A stretch of 64,000 nt of DNA. Origin: Bugula neritina (lineage: Eukaryota; Animalia; Bryozoa). Positions within the stretch are counted from its first letter, which is position 1. Every line of letters begins with the position of its first letter. Both the position numbers and the translations under genes were made by a program. The stretch covers positions 9,496,581-9,560,580 of the forward strand of contig OZ037767.1 of the NCBI GenBank assembly GCA_964035545.1, written 5' to 3'. The notes beneath the pieces were generated by a model. The model had not been told where the DNA came from, searched no databases, and saw only the letters and a program-made list of their open reading frames with translations. Below are positions 43,923-56,757 of the stretch, piece after piece.

Positions 43923-44050
43923 TGGTATGGTCAAGTTTTTATGCTTGGAGAAAATGTCTCAGGTTTGCGCGGTACCTGTGGGTATGGTATGGTATGGTCA
44001 AGTTTTTATGCTTGGAGAAAATGTCTCAGGTTTGCGCGGTACCTGTGGGT
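43923..44050. repeat. About 61-bp perfect tandem duplication
   Basis: TGGTATGGTCAAGTTTTTATGCTTGGAGAAAATGTCTCAGGTTTGCGCGGTACCTGTGGGT occurs twice. Confidence 0.9.
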
Positions 44051-46169
44051 GACAGGCTTAGCATTATTTTGCATACACATCTCATAAGGCTTCTACATAT
44101 TCATTAATTCTCAAAAAACCTTGCTAAACTCAGAGCAAGGATTAGGTTGCATATTCACAGCATTTACATAATTATTATTAACTTTTAACAAAGACAAGGC
44201 GAAACAAGCATATTTACTAAGTAACTCTGTGCTTTGATTTTTAACCATGTAAATGTTTTCAAAAGTGTTTGCACTGTCTAAAGTTATTTGATAAGTTGTG
44301 CACTCATGCCAACAATAGGAAATACAGTGCTACAGGTTCCAAACAGTTTTTGTCTGATTCAACTAGTTTATTAATATTACCTCTGTAATCATTAATGTTT
44401 ACCACTGTCACGCCTGCGCCAATATTTAGTTTAAATTTAAGTTAGCACTCACTATCTGGCTGCGTTACCCATACATTAGCTGTTAGATTGAGGGGTTCAA
44501 CTGATGAAGATCTTTTCCAGGGAATACAGAATCAGGGTCTGCTTTAAAGTTGTCGCTGGGCCCAGTAACTTCACGGACACTGGCTGGTTGCTTCAATTTA
44601 AGTGTCAATATTGGGACTGGAACAAGGAGTGCCATTGGTTGTGCCTTTTTACTCTCAATATTATTCATTGTTATTAAAGGTTACTAGCTACCACCATGTA
44701 GTATTATGACAAATGAATCTTATTGCTTGTAGGACATGCTAAGGGAACCCCACCACTAACAGTGGTGGTTATATGTATATGCACAATCTATATATGTATG
44801 TTTCAGTCAGACATACTAGCTCAAATCTGAATTTTTCAGCAACAGCTTGTTCAGTTTTTCTTAGGATCTTGTGTTGGAAAAAAATAATTTCAATATTTTA
44901 TTTGAAGCAGTTTCACATAGTTCCATTCACCATCACCTTACTTTCAGTTTTTGATATTTTAAAACAATTATTGAAATCAGGACTCTTTTTTTCATATTGC
45001 AAATAGCTTCCTTTAACCCTGTGATTTCGATTTGCTAAATTTCATTGTCAGCTTAATTTAACTCCCTAGTCTGATCAAGGTTTCCTTGACTTAGTCCCTA
45101 TTTTCTTCGTATCGGTCCTATTCAGGGCCATCAACCTGACGCAAAGAGCTCTAATAATAATTTTTACTACATGGTTATACAAGTCCCTCATTTGGTTTAC
45201 AGTGTGAAATTTATTCTATTACAGGTTAGTTTGTTTTATATACATTGATTCCTTTGGTGTCTCCAATAGGTCTTGTTAATAAACTGTCATAATGTACTAG
45301 TGAGCTTGCATATACTAATGTTTCCTCACCACTGGTAGCAGACCTGATGGTTATTGACATATTTGGGCAATCTCATCATTTCTTCATCTGCTATTCGAAG
45401 CGTTTAGTGTTGTTTTTCTCATGAAATTATCATGAGACGATTTAGTTGGTAGATTCTTGTGTCTCTGTCGGAGACGCTAAAGGCTAAGCCAAAAACGTGC
45501 GTTGATGATACTTTCTCAGCCCCTCAATCTAACAGCCGACTGAACAGTCTTGTGCTGTATTATTTCCAAAGACTTGAAACTTTTCCATTTAATGAAGTAT
45601 TTAGTAATGTAATGAGACCTGCAGTTATGAAGTTTGCAGCAGCTTTTTTCCAGTTGAAGGGTGTCTAAGAGTTGCTGACTTACGAAATTGATTTTGGAAG
45701 TATTTGTTGAAAATTTTGGCACACTTTGTACACTTCTAAATCTTATATAAGAATCATCATTTGACATGGTATTTCTTTCCAGAAATTTTTGAATCACCTC
45801 TTTGAATGTATTGGCATAATTTTTATACTAAATATTCTCTTTTTTGTTGACATTCAATTTTACTACTTCCTTTACTTTATTTTTCCAAAAAAAATTGTTA
45901 CCAGTCTCTTCATATTTTTTTTCCGGACCTCTGTGTTTTTGGTATAGTTTTTGCTTTTTGAATCAGTTTGTGTTTTTTTTGCATTGGCCTGTATGTAAAG
46001 TTGCATAAATTTTTTGACTGCGATCAAGGCTCTCTTGTTGGTTGGTCTATGTGAGAAGTTTTTAAATAATCATCACTCATCATTGGGGATATTGTGATAA
46101 ACTTGTGGGTCGAATGTAACTTAGTGCAAGAACAAGGAGTGTTGAAGTAGTAGTGCTCAGAATATTTAT

Positions 46170-49070
46170 TGTAATAAATGTAAATAGGTCTTAACCAGGT
46201 GAGCTCCAGTGGTAGACTGAATCCCCACTGAAACTCGCCTGCTTTTATACACAGAGAACAAAGACATGCATACACAAAAGATCTTTTGTGGTCTGAAATT
46301 CGGTAACTCCGAAATTCGGAAATCCCGAATTTCGGCAGAACCAAAATTTGGATGCTCCGAGTCTCGGGCCACAAATTTTCAACGTCGATATTAACACACA
46401 CAAAATTAAAGAAATAGGGAACAAAAGAGATACAATTTTACCACACACACCCCCTATCAAAAAGCGTGCTTTCCGATTACAGAGGGCTTACAACAAAAAC
46501 AAAAAAAATAAAACAGAAATGACAAAAAACAAGCAAAAAAAAGGTTTGTTACGCAAGACAATCTAACTAGATACATGCAACAGAAACAACACAGAAAATA
46601 CAGATAACATGCTTTGTAAGAATCAATTGCTACACACCCCACCACCATTGTCCGAGGGATACCGCCTCTTATTGTGTTATTTTGGCGCTGTTCTAGCTGG
46701 TAGAGCCGCAGTTGGGTTAGGTCCTCTTCACACCGCGTCAGACGGCGTCGTAAGTGACGCACCTCCTCTTCCAGCTGGGGTCGGGAGCGGGAAGTATTGT
46801 GCCCCGTCCGTTGCTGTCTGCCCGCCGCCAAGGGTCAGGGGCCCAGGTCCGACGCACTGGGCTTTACACCGTCACCGACCCTTGCCAGCACGACCCGAAG
46901 AGGCTGGGTGGCTGCTGGTTGGAGGGCGGCGGCGGGCTTTCCATCCTCTTATTGTATTGGCCGACACGGCGGAAACCCTTGGCCGAGAGCGGCGCGCTTA
47001 TGGGGGTCCGCGACGTGTGGCAGTATGAAATCCCGGAACTCCGGGAATGTGGCTTGGTCCACCGCAAACAGGTGGCCCGTGTGACAGCGCGATATGCGCT
47101 GATGCCTCAGCACATAGTCACGCTGATACGAATATTTACCGCAAAGGCAGAATACAATAATATAATGCTGTGGGGCGTGAACCCGCAGCCGCCGGGTAGA
47201 GGAGAATTTTCTCATGCATTGCTGGCAGATGCGGTTGCCCGTCTCACCGCATGCTTCACCAATCTTACGATTGGTGTAGCAAGACACCCAGTACTGGCGA
47301 GTCACCAGTGCCTGGGCAGAGCTAGTCTGGAGGTGTCTTCATCGTCAGCAGGAGTAAAAGAGGGCTCACCGTATAGTATACCCTGCTCCTCCCCTGCAGC
47401 AAGCTGAAGCTCTACCGGGTTGATAACAGGGCTACTAATAATGGTGAATAGCACCTCGGCTTGGTTGGTAGAGGCCTGCGGGCTGCTGGGAGCCGTCACA
47501 GGGGCAGGTGGAGAGGAGGAGTCGATACGACTCACACCCACCTCGTCGTACTCCATATCAGTGCCTACAACAGATAGCAGAGGCCGTGTGAGGCCGGTCT
47601 CGCTATCGCCGAAATTTGGCATCTGTGGGAGACTGGAAGCTGAGGTGAGTCGCAGAGAGTGACTGACCCCATGTCCTGGTCTAGTAAAAACTCATGGAGA
47701 GAGTCTTCTCCTAAACTCACATCAACATCCCCCTCTAACAAAGTAGATTCGAAAAAATCTAGAAAAGCCCAATTAATAACAGTTGGGTTAGACTCCGATA
47801 CTGGAGGATCTAACCCTAATGAAATACCTGTTCTGGTGGTTGTATCTTCAGGGAGAGTTATACCCATCTTTGAAATATTGTCAAAGTTGTTCAAATTTTT
47901 GAGTTAAAGTTGCGTGTTACTCGCGTGCTGGTAGCAATGGAAATGGCCGAGCCTCGTGCTTCAAAATTTTTACATGCCGACTCGTCGGTTAAGCTATCAT
48001 TGGGAATTCCCATCGAGTTTTGAAGGGACAACTCAGACAATTGCGTGCCCTACGAAATTCGGCTTGAAATTTTCCCTTCTTGTTGTAAATCTCCAGGATA
48101 TTGGAGGAATTTACCATCCAAGGGAGAGTAGAGGCTCATGTCAGATGAATTTCCACCGGGGGGAGGTAACCCTAGATGCCCCACATAGTAATCTGCCTGC
48201 TTGGGGCCCACGGTCGGCGGAAGTTACCGTGAGCCTCGGTTGTTTAAAGGCAGGTGGCCTTTCGGACAGTGTCTCCGCACATGCCCTGGTACTCCGCATC
48301 CTCAGCAAGTGAGCTGAGACGGGCGGGTAGTGTTGTCCCGCACTCAGGGAGCCCGCCTACCCGCCTGCCCTCGTTGTAACTCAGTCACCGTAGCCTGCAG
48401 GCCCTTCACCATGTCCATCAACACGGTGAGCTGCGTCTGCTCCGGTGACTTAGTTGTCGCTGCCGCCACCTGGGGGTTTGAGAGCGTGGCGCTCTCTGGG
48501 TCGTCCTCGACCACCTGGTGGGCGGTGAACCTCGCCTCTTGAAGCCCTTCTACTTGGAAATAGGCTTTACCCATCTCCAAGGCTTCTTCCAAGCTACTGA
48601 CCTTGGCAGCCATCCAGCAGCGTTGAAGATCAGGATTATTCACGCTCCGGAAGAACGCGTTGTATACCATGACTGAAAGCAGTCTGGGCCAAGCGTTCCA
48701 CCTCGTTTGCGTGTTCCTCTAATGATGTCCGCCGGTCCCATCTCTTGACCTGTAGGTGATCTGAAGCCTCCTCAGCTGTCAGGCCAAATCGGGTCCTGAG
48801 GGCTCGCAGGATATGCGCTTCATCGGGTCCAAAAGCAAAACTCTTGGCCCGGCCTGTCAGACAGGCCCGGAGTCGGAGGGCGCGCACTTGAGCTGGCCAT
48901 TCAGCGATGGTGGCCACGCCCTCGAACTCACGGATGAACTGTTCGACATCCCCTTCACTTCCGAAAATCAGGGGACTGAGGCGGTACCTCTCACCAGGTG
49001 GCGCCTGTCTCGTCCCCTGCAATTCTCGGAGGGCTGTCACCAAAGCCTCCACAGTGAGGGTTGGTGTCTC
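46170..49070 (-). mobile_element. 5'-truncated, pol-less LTR retroelement: Gypsy-type gag, accessory C2H2 zinc-finger ORF, PPT-like tract and 3' LTR
   Basis: Gag at about 49052-48220 (DVEQFIREFE...W...LRACLTGRA; LEEALEMG; knuckle C*GCGVPGHVRRHC). Extra ORF at about 47894-46650. TAGGGGGTGTG precedes an LTR candidate 46445-46170 with TGTGGTAAA...TTTATTACA termini. GC content is much higher than the flanks. Confidence 0.75.
46650..47894 (-). pseudogene. Accessory ORF of the LTR element: acidic N-terminus, two C2H2-like fingers, coiled coil (2 frameshifts, 2 stops)
   Basis: Consecutive ORFs 47894-47565, 47622-47302, 47305-46949 and 46831 onward give CQQCMRKFSSTRRLRVHAPQH, FCLCGKYSYQRDYVLRHQRISRCH and LEEEVRHLRRRLTRCEEDLTQL. 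Confidence 0.65.
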
Positions 49071-49369
49071 TGCTGTTATGAAATTGTATTTTTCAATGAT
49101 GCTGAATAAGGGGCATTTTTAACTTTATCTAGCTCACCCAATTATATAACTAACTTGGTTTATCAGTAAAGGAAGTCTTTTACTTCTACAAGCAGTTATC
49201 TTATTTTCACGTTTCAAGCAGCAGAGAAAACTAGATATAAAGCAACCCTAGCTCTATTACTTTATTATTACTCTAGTACATAAGACAATATTTAACAATC
49301 AGACAACCTTGTTCAAAAGCCAGTGTCTCTTCCAAAATTTGATAGAGTGCCCCCTTCAAAATGTTATGT

Positions 49370-52300
49370 TGGCACTTACTGCAGATTGCCCTTTTGCATT
49401 CTACTTTTTTGCTGGTTATAGAATATACTGTCAACTCCCAGTCTTAGAGTTCTTTATGTAGTGCACATAGAAGTTATTTGATATTCACCAATAGAACATG
49501 TAAACAACATTATGGTTTTTTACCTTAAATTTGAAAATTAGTTCATTAGACATTAGTAGTTAGTAGAGCCATCTGTACATTCATCTGCAGGAGCTAACTT
49601 GCACAGTTATAGACAATATACATATACTTTCCATCCGAAACATGGGCATTATTATGTATTTTATAGTATGAAAGCATAAAGTTCTAGTTGGAATCTAGGC
49701 TGGCTCAATTCTTGCAGATCAATCTAAGTCAAAATTAATCAGTTTTATAGTACTTCCGACTTATTATGATGGTTTTGTATCAACTATAGGTGGAAATTTT
49801 CAATCTGTTTGAAAGCAAGTTGACCTATTAATAGAACCCCATTCATAATAAACTAGTGCTAGTTACATAAAATGACAGTACAAAAGATGAGAGCCATTGT
49901 TCTAAAAGTAGGTATTATACACGCCATTTGTTTTTCTCATCAATGCGTTTCTGCAGCTTTTTGTTTTGCTGCTAATTCTAAGAAACAATGCTGCTTTCTC
50001 AAAAGCTCCTCATTTTTATGATGCTGCTGCCAAAAAGCTGGGCTCAAATAGTAAAAAAACCTAAAGAGCTTCACGCACATTGTTTCTGTAAACTTCCCAT
50101 CACGTTTTATGCATTGAGTTATACTTCCCTGTACAGTAAATAAAAAAGTCACTATGTTCTTTCTTAGTTATTTTAAGCTGCCCTTTTACCTGCCCATATC
50201 AGGGGCGCTTCTTAAGAATATATTTATCACCATTAAAAGATTTTTTTTTAAAAATGAAGCTGTAATGTGTAAAAGCAAGGCTCTAATGCTGAGCACTTTA
50301 TTTCTATAATGCCTTTCCCATGAAACTCACAGCTCACTATGCCATCAGGAAAAGCACCTAAAAATGCAAACTCTGTGGATAAAAACAGTTCACAGTCCCA
50401 AACGGTAAGGTTCTTGTGATGAGAGCTGTTGACTTTCAGGTATGCCCTTTTTGCTTTAGTTTCCATTGAGCGGTCATACAGGATAGCTGGTATGAAGCCA
50501 ATGTCTCTTGAGCTTATCAAAGAGCTCATGTCTGTGCGTGTGTCTTCAAGTAAAAATTCCATCCGTGCTTTAAGCGATAGAAATTAGAAGCAGTAATTTT
50601 ACCATGTCTAAGAAATTTGCAGTCATTTTGCTTTACCGTTGCTGCTTCTATGTCGCATGCTCTATTTGTTAGCGGTGAGCTGTAATTAATTGAGAAAAAG
50701 GCTTCACATCGTTTGCTCTTTCTACCAAGGTTGACATCAGCAAGTCATCATCAAAAGTTCCAGTTTCTGAAAAATGTTTTAAGCAGCTATGACTTATTTG
50801 TATGTCAGAGTGCATTCATGTATATGACGCACACACTCACGAGCTCGCAAGCAAACACGCATGAACACACATTTAAATTGATGTATATATACTTATTATT
50901 GTAAAATAATATAAAATATTTAAAGCAATATAGTATATATAAATATATAATTGTTATAAAACAAATGGCAGTATTACAGATAATAAAGCATTTTGATTGC
51001 CGTCATGCCCCGTAAGTGCCCTTCATAATATGCAGTAATACCTCTCAATAAGGTACTTTCTTGGCACTTGTTGCCATTTTCAATGCTTGACTTTTTATCT
51101 TATTGTTGAAAATGATAAACGCGCTCTCACTGGCAAAACTTTTGAGCTCATCTTCCCATTCTTTGAAAGTTGCACCTTTATTGCTACTGGCAGCCACTTA
51201 TGCATTTTCACATAATGCCTGTTCTTTCCAAGATTAACAAGATGTTGAGTATACATACACATTTGGTGGATCTTTTCCAGTTACATTCTCCAACAGTGCA
51301 ACTTTTTTGAGTGGCTTTTTTGAGATATATAGTCCAAGTCTAAAAACTGCTGCTGCTATGTAGTTGCAAGAACTAAGCCTGAAAAAATATGTATGCCCTG
51401 GTGTCCTACTACTCTATCGAGAGAGGTATTTTGCAAACTCCTCTTTCGAAATTGGGTCCATGAGACAGTCTAGTCTGGTGTAGGGATCAACATATTCTGG
51501 CACATCAACTAGAAATTCTCTTCCCAACAGCTCAATCCAACAGGCCTTGCACCTACAGGAATAGCCTTTTTAAATTCGAGGCTATATTACAATATGCCAG
51601 TCATCAGACGCTTGAAATCCTTGCAGAACATTCTCCGTGCTCTTTTAAATAAACGTCGACGTCTGCGATGGCTCGGAAGCATTCCAAACTCCTCCTCACT
51701 TTTGTTGGAACCTCCTAAACTGGCCCTTAAGAAGGAAGAGCCTCTTCAGAGATGTGTCAAGCAAAGTCTGGTGTATGATGACTTTATTGCCTAATATCTC
51801 CCTCCCAAAAATAAGAGGAAGTTCTGTGTTCCTTGATCTTGTCGAATTCCCCATTGGCTAAAGGATTTGGTGGAACCTCATTTAGTTGCGTTTCTGGAAC
51901 ATCCTTCGGTTGCGTTTCTGGAACATCCTTTAACCTATTGTATTCTTCAGCGAGAAGCTGAGCGTATCTCTCTTTTTTGTTCCTCTATCCCTTGATGGAT
52001 TCAAATGAGTACTCAGGAGAGCACTTATGGAGTTCCTGATTGATAGACTATACTCCTTGTTGCTTCAGTCTCACTTCCTCCCTTGCCAATCTAATCAACA
52101 TGCCTTCATCCCATCATTTCCTTTTCTCCCTCTCCTTAATAGTGTTTTTCTCCGTGGGCTCTTCTTAGGGGAATTGATAGCTTGGCTAATGCAGTGGCGA
52201 ATGAGGTGCGTTGATGGTAGTTGCAAACCAGACAAACCCAGGGTCGGTCAGGTCCCCATCCATTAAAGCTCATTTTTATTCTACTGTTTTTTCTGGTGTC

Positions 52301-52823
52301 ACATTTAGTGTTACCACACCGCTGCAGTGAGCACGCACCTGTATATTCAGAAATAGAAGCCCCAGTAGGGGTTCCTTTACGCCTTCTTCTTAGTGGCATA
52401 TCCTCTAGATTAAATAACTTACCGTTTTATAAAAATAACAACTGAGGTAATGCACTATTAGCCGCTGGGACTGTAAAAAAAACCCAGCGTTACCGACTCA
52501 CAAAGAGAAGGTTGTGCATTCAAGAGCGTCTGTCTTTTTCTCTACTCCAATTTTCAATAGTCAGTGGATCCAGTATCGCTATACTCTCCTCAACTTTGAA
52601 AGGATCTAATATTCTTTTTTCTTTGAGTTTCCTTTTCTATTGCCAATTTTGCAGGCCGATAGCCAAAGTGCATTGCTCTATGACTTAAGGAGATTAGTTC
52701 AGCCTTACTTTTTTGCTGTGTGGCAAGTATCTCTTTTTAAGATATTCCTTTAGAGCCATTACTTTTCATGTAGCAATTTCTTCATATGTTTTCTCTAAAT
52801 CTCTTTTGTTAGATGAAACTCCT
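49370..52823 (-). pseudogene. Decayed SAP-SWIM-YqaJ (lambda-exonuclease-like) gene of an ISL2EU-like DNA transposon
   Basis: SAP-like YEEIAT*KVMALKEYLKKRYLPHSKK/KAELI at about 52790-52690; SWIM-like SCNYIAAAVF at about 51350-51378; RHGKITASNF and FLGAFPDGIVSCEFHGKGIIEIKC (PD-(D/E)xK) at 50290-50615; PHD-like Cys remnants near 49370-49660. Confidence 0.72.
51390..52400 (-). mobile_element. Possible non-LTR retroelement fragment inside the YqaJ gene
   Basis: WVCLVCNYH (zinc-finger-like), RMFCKDFKRLMTGIL and MDPISKEEFAKYLSR..SRTPG resemble pre-RT segments of non-LTR elements. Degenerate. Confidence 0.35.
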
Positions 52824-53445
52824 TGTAATGTAAGGTCCTACTCACTCGACAGTCAGTGTTAGAGTGCTGGCTCCTCGTGGGGTCTTTGTTTCCTTAGTCT
52901 GGCATCCAAGCCAGCTTGCAGGCTGGTCGTTAATGCGATTGCTAGCAAGGCGAGTCCGTCCGGTATCCAATGACGTCTAGTTAGCGTCTGCTAACCTGCT
53001 AATAATATCAGCTACTTTATATTCCATGCCCCCCCCCCCTTTGGGGAAAATATAATTAAGAAAATTATCGAAGATATTTGTATGAGTAGACTGAAGCAGT
53101 AGCATTTCCATTGTTATGAAGGTTACTCAAGGTTATAAAGAGGAACTCATGAGGTACCTACCTTTACCCAATTTATACCTCAATGTTCACAATTAAGCTT
53201 TAAGCCACACCATGGAATGATATTAACCTTATCTGTTACTTCAGCAAGCGAGCTTGTTAGGTTTCATACCAAAAGGGAAGTGAGGGTTTAGGGTTTAGAT
53301 ATAGACCTACCTTGTTGGTATTAACTAAGCGTTACTGGTTGCCAGGGTCGGACCAGTCTTTGGTCTTTCCTCCACCACCATAATCTATGGTCTCCTGGCC
53401 ATCAACGTCTGGCTCCTTCTCCTTTTTCGGCCTGACCTCACAAGT

Positions 53446-54542
53446 TTATGAATGAAAACCAACTTCTGGGCTGCCCAGTTTCAGACTAACGCCATCAACC
53501 GTATCACCCTGCACCGCAATTGGATCTCCACCTGAGTGGGTCTCCAAAATGCCACCAGAGTGGACTTTAACCTGACCACTAGAGTGGTCGTGAACTTGAT
53601 CACTAAGATGATCGTTGTTAGCACCACCAGGGTGGGCTAACAGCATGCCACCGAGGTAGACTTCCTGCATAGCCGCTCTACCAGGTGTTTGACCTAGGTC
53701 GCCCACCGGTAATTTATCCGCAATCGCACTAGGTACCTCTGTTGGTACCTCCTCCCTATCAGTCTCCATATCCTCCTGCACATCCTTGAGCTGAGCCAGG
53801 ATTGACTGCAGTTTGGAATGGTTTCTCAAGGTGCGTAGCGCCTTCTTTGCCAACTCAGCCATCTTAGCCTCATGGCGCCTTATCTCTATTTCTCGCTTTT
53901 TTTTGACAATTTCTATCTGGAGTCGGAGGTCCTCCTCCTTGAAGTTGCTAAAACTGTCTATAATAGAACCTATGTTAGCATGTGTACTGGTGACAGGTTT
54001 GCTTTTGGTTGTCAGGTTACTGACTGCAGAAGCGTAGTTTCGTGTAGTGTTCCGCAACCTTGCCACCTTAGCAGGTTCGCAACCCGTGGGTGTGGTTGTC
54101 GTCTTGACCTCCTCTGCAGACCTTTTGACTGAGGTGGTTGTGAATGTCCTACCACCTAACGGGCATTTCTCCACCTGGTGCTCATTGCTGTGGTACCACC
54201 TACACCGGGTGTTGCGGGACAGTCCCTAGCCCAGTGACCATGTTCGCGGCACTTGTGGCAAAAGTGTCCCGGACATTGGGCCGCTATATGGTCCCTCTTG
54301 GCCTTGCAGAGTATGCAGCTCAGTTTGCCTCTGTTGCCATACAGCACCCTTCTAGGCTGATCGTCCCTTGTGATGACTACCGCAGTGACGGTAGTCGCTT
54401 TCCTATCTTTCCTCACCAAGTATGACTTGGTGCTCCTTGTGCCTTCCTCTGAGTCGGTAGACTCCCCTCGTGCCACAGGCTTTTCCCTCTTTTTCTTTTT
54501 TACCGTCCACTCCTGGTCACCTTTGACTCGTTCTTCGCTCAT
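53446..54542 (-). pseudogene. Gypsy ORF3: three CCHC-type knuckles plus coiled coil (one frameshift)
   Basis: CILCKAKRDHIAAQC, CHKCREHGHWARDC, then after the frameshift CRWYHSNEHQVEKC, followed by EEDLRLQIEIVKKKREIEIRRHEAKMAEL...LQSILAQLKDVQEDM. Confidence 0.7.
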
Positions 54543-56418
54543 GTTTCTAAAGCATAGTGAAGAACACTCAATAATACACATAATCATCAAACCTTTTATT
54601 CCTAATCTGCCTTCCGCTCCTAGTGATGACAGCAGCTTGCTCTCGTCAGTTTCTACCATTTCCTCAGGATCTGCAGTTCTAGCTCCAAGCTACTCGGAAA
54701 AAGAAGTGTCATCGTCGAGCGTGTGTGACACGTCTTCTAAGGAGGTTTCGATTGGGTTGGCTGGGCCACCCAGTTGGGGATCTGACTCGTCGTACTTTAA
54801 CTCCCAGGAAGGTTAGTTGGTAATAACCTGAGATGCTTCCTGTTTCTCCTGATCTCGCTAAAGCCTACTTTTACCCAGTAGCTATCTGGGGTATTGTGTT
54901 TCCTAAGAATAATTTCCTCAGCTCCGCTATCAGTAGGTGCCTTAACCCAGACTGAGTCTCCTGGCTCTAACTCCTGGAGCTCTTTTGTTCTATGTTTCCT
55001 GTTGTGCTGGACTTTGGTTGTTTCCTTGAGTTCAAGGTCCGATGTTCAAAGTCATTGTAATTTATTCTACTATTCCTAGGGAGAATACCCAGTAGCTAGG
55101 GGGGGTTGTTCGGTACGCCATAAGGGCTGAGTCTTTATCCGCAGACTTTTTCCAAAGTCTTTTGACAGTTTTGACGGCCCCTTCAGCCATACCATTGGAT
55201 TCTGGTCATCGGGGATTGCTTGTTGTTGACCTGAATTTAAAGTTCCTAGCAAACTCTAGTAACTCATCGCAATTGTAGCAGGGGCCATTGTCTGACCTTA
55301 CTACTATTGGGATAGCTAACCTTGAGTAAATGTACTTCATGGCCTGTATGACCGCTTAGGCGGTCTGCCTATGTATGTGTACTGTCTCTATCCACCTATT
55401 GTAATAATCTATCACAACTAGGTATAGCTCAACATCTAGAGTGAAGATATCCAAGCCAACCACCTCCCAGGGGCCATTAGATAGCTCCATTTCATGTTAG
55501 GGTTGGTGTTTGACTTGTTCATGGATGATGCAAGTGCTATGTTTTTCCACATAATGTTGAATATCAAAACTCAATCCTGGCCACCAAAAGTGTCGTTGGG
55601 CTCGCTTACGACACTTAGTGATACCTCGATGGCCTTCAAGACACAACTCTGAATAGCTGCTTCTGAGCGTTTTAGGGATGTAAACCCTGGCATCATAGTA
55701 AAGCAGGCCGTGGCGATCAGTCGATGTCGACACCCGTATAGTCGTCTGAACTCATTGGGTGCTTCTTCTGGATAGCTGGGAGGCCACCCATTAACTAAAT
55801 ACCCTGTAGCTAGATGATAAAACTCATGATCTGCAACCGCATTTTGAATTTCCTCAAGGCGGCACTCGGAGTACAGAGAGCTATCTACGATAGCCCTAAC
55901 ATACTCTTCTACTGCTAAGGTTTCTGCTTTATCGGAATCCGTGGAACCATCAAACCCAGAGCAGGGCCTACTCAAGTCATCTGCTAAATACATTTTACTA
56001 CCAAGGGTGGGAAATATTTCAAAATCATACGTCGTAAGTCATAGCTTAAACCTGTGTACCCTAATTGGTAGACTAGTTAGATCCTTTTCGCCTAATATAG
56101 GGACTAATGGCTTGTGGTCGGTCTCGACTTCAAATTTCCTACCTACTAAATAGTAATCGAACTTCTCACAAGCCCATGTAGTTGCCAAGGCCTCTTTTTC
56201 TATCATAGCATACCTAGTCTCTGCCTCGGATAACTTCCTAGGGGCATATACTACAGGTTGCCAGTGTTTCCCATTCAACTGCAAAAGCACTGCGCCTATA
56301 GCGTAACTACTAGAGTTGGCAGAGACTCTGTGTTTGCTCTTCGCGTTGAAGTTGCATAGTATAGGAGCTTTGGAAAGTTCTCCTTTTATATCTTCAAAAC
56401 CCTTGGCTTGGTCTAGAC

Positions 56419-56757
56419 CAGGGGTGTCCAACCTTTTCAAACCGAGGGCCACAGAAATGAAATATTTCATGGTGAGGGCCACATTGTAAGCTTCAGCTTG
56501 TGCTGGGGGCCACAGCATCAGCATTTTTCAAACTACTTTATTCCAAAACTTTATGAATCATTACACAATTAAGTCTCAATAGTTACTGCCAGCTGCATTT
56601 TTTGTGTCATTTGTATAAATAAGGCATTTAAAAGGTGGCTTTTTACTTTAATTAATGTAAACAGTGAAAAATTATTTTAGCTTTATGCCTTCGAGGGCCA
56701 CATAAATGTTGGCTGGGGGCAGTATCCTGCCCTAGTGCCGCCTGTTAGACAGCCCTG
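56419..56757. mobile_element. hAT (Charlie/Buster-type) MITE inserted into Gypsy pol
   Basis: TIRs CAGGGGTGTCCAAC / GTTAGACAGCCCTG; perfect 8-bp TSD GTCTAGAC at 56411-56418 and 56758-56765 with central TA. Confidence 0.93.

Noticed and set aside
44770-46140. Possible decayed LINE endonuclease/linker region
   Set aside because: A-rich minus strand is suggestive, but I could not read any diagnostic motif with confidence.
46609-47662. Plus-strand ORFs of 80-217 aa
   Set aside because: Antisense shadows of a GC-rich minus-strand retroelement ORF, with no recognisable motifs.
53446-54659. env gene of an endogenous retrovirus
   Set aside because: No signal peptide, fusion peptide or transmembrane segment is visible; the ORF has zinc knuckles instead.
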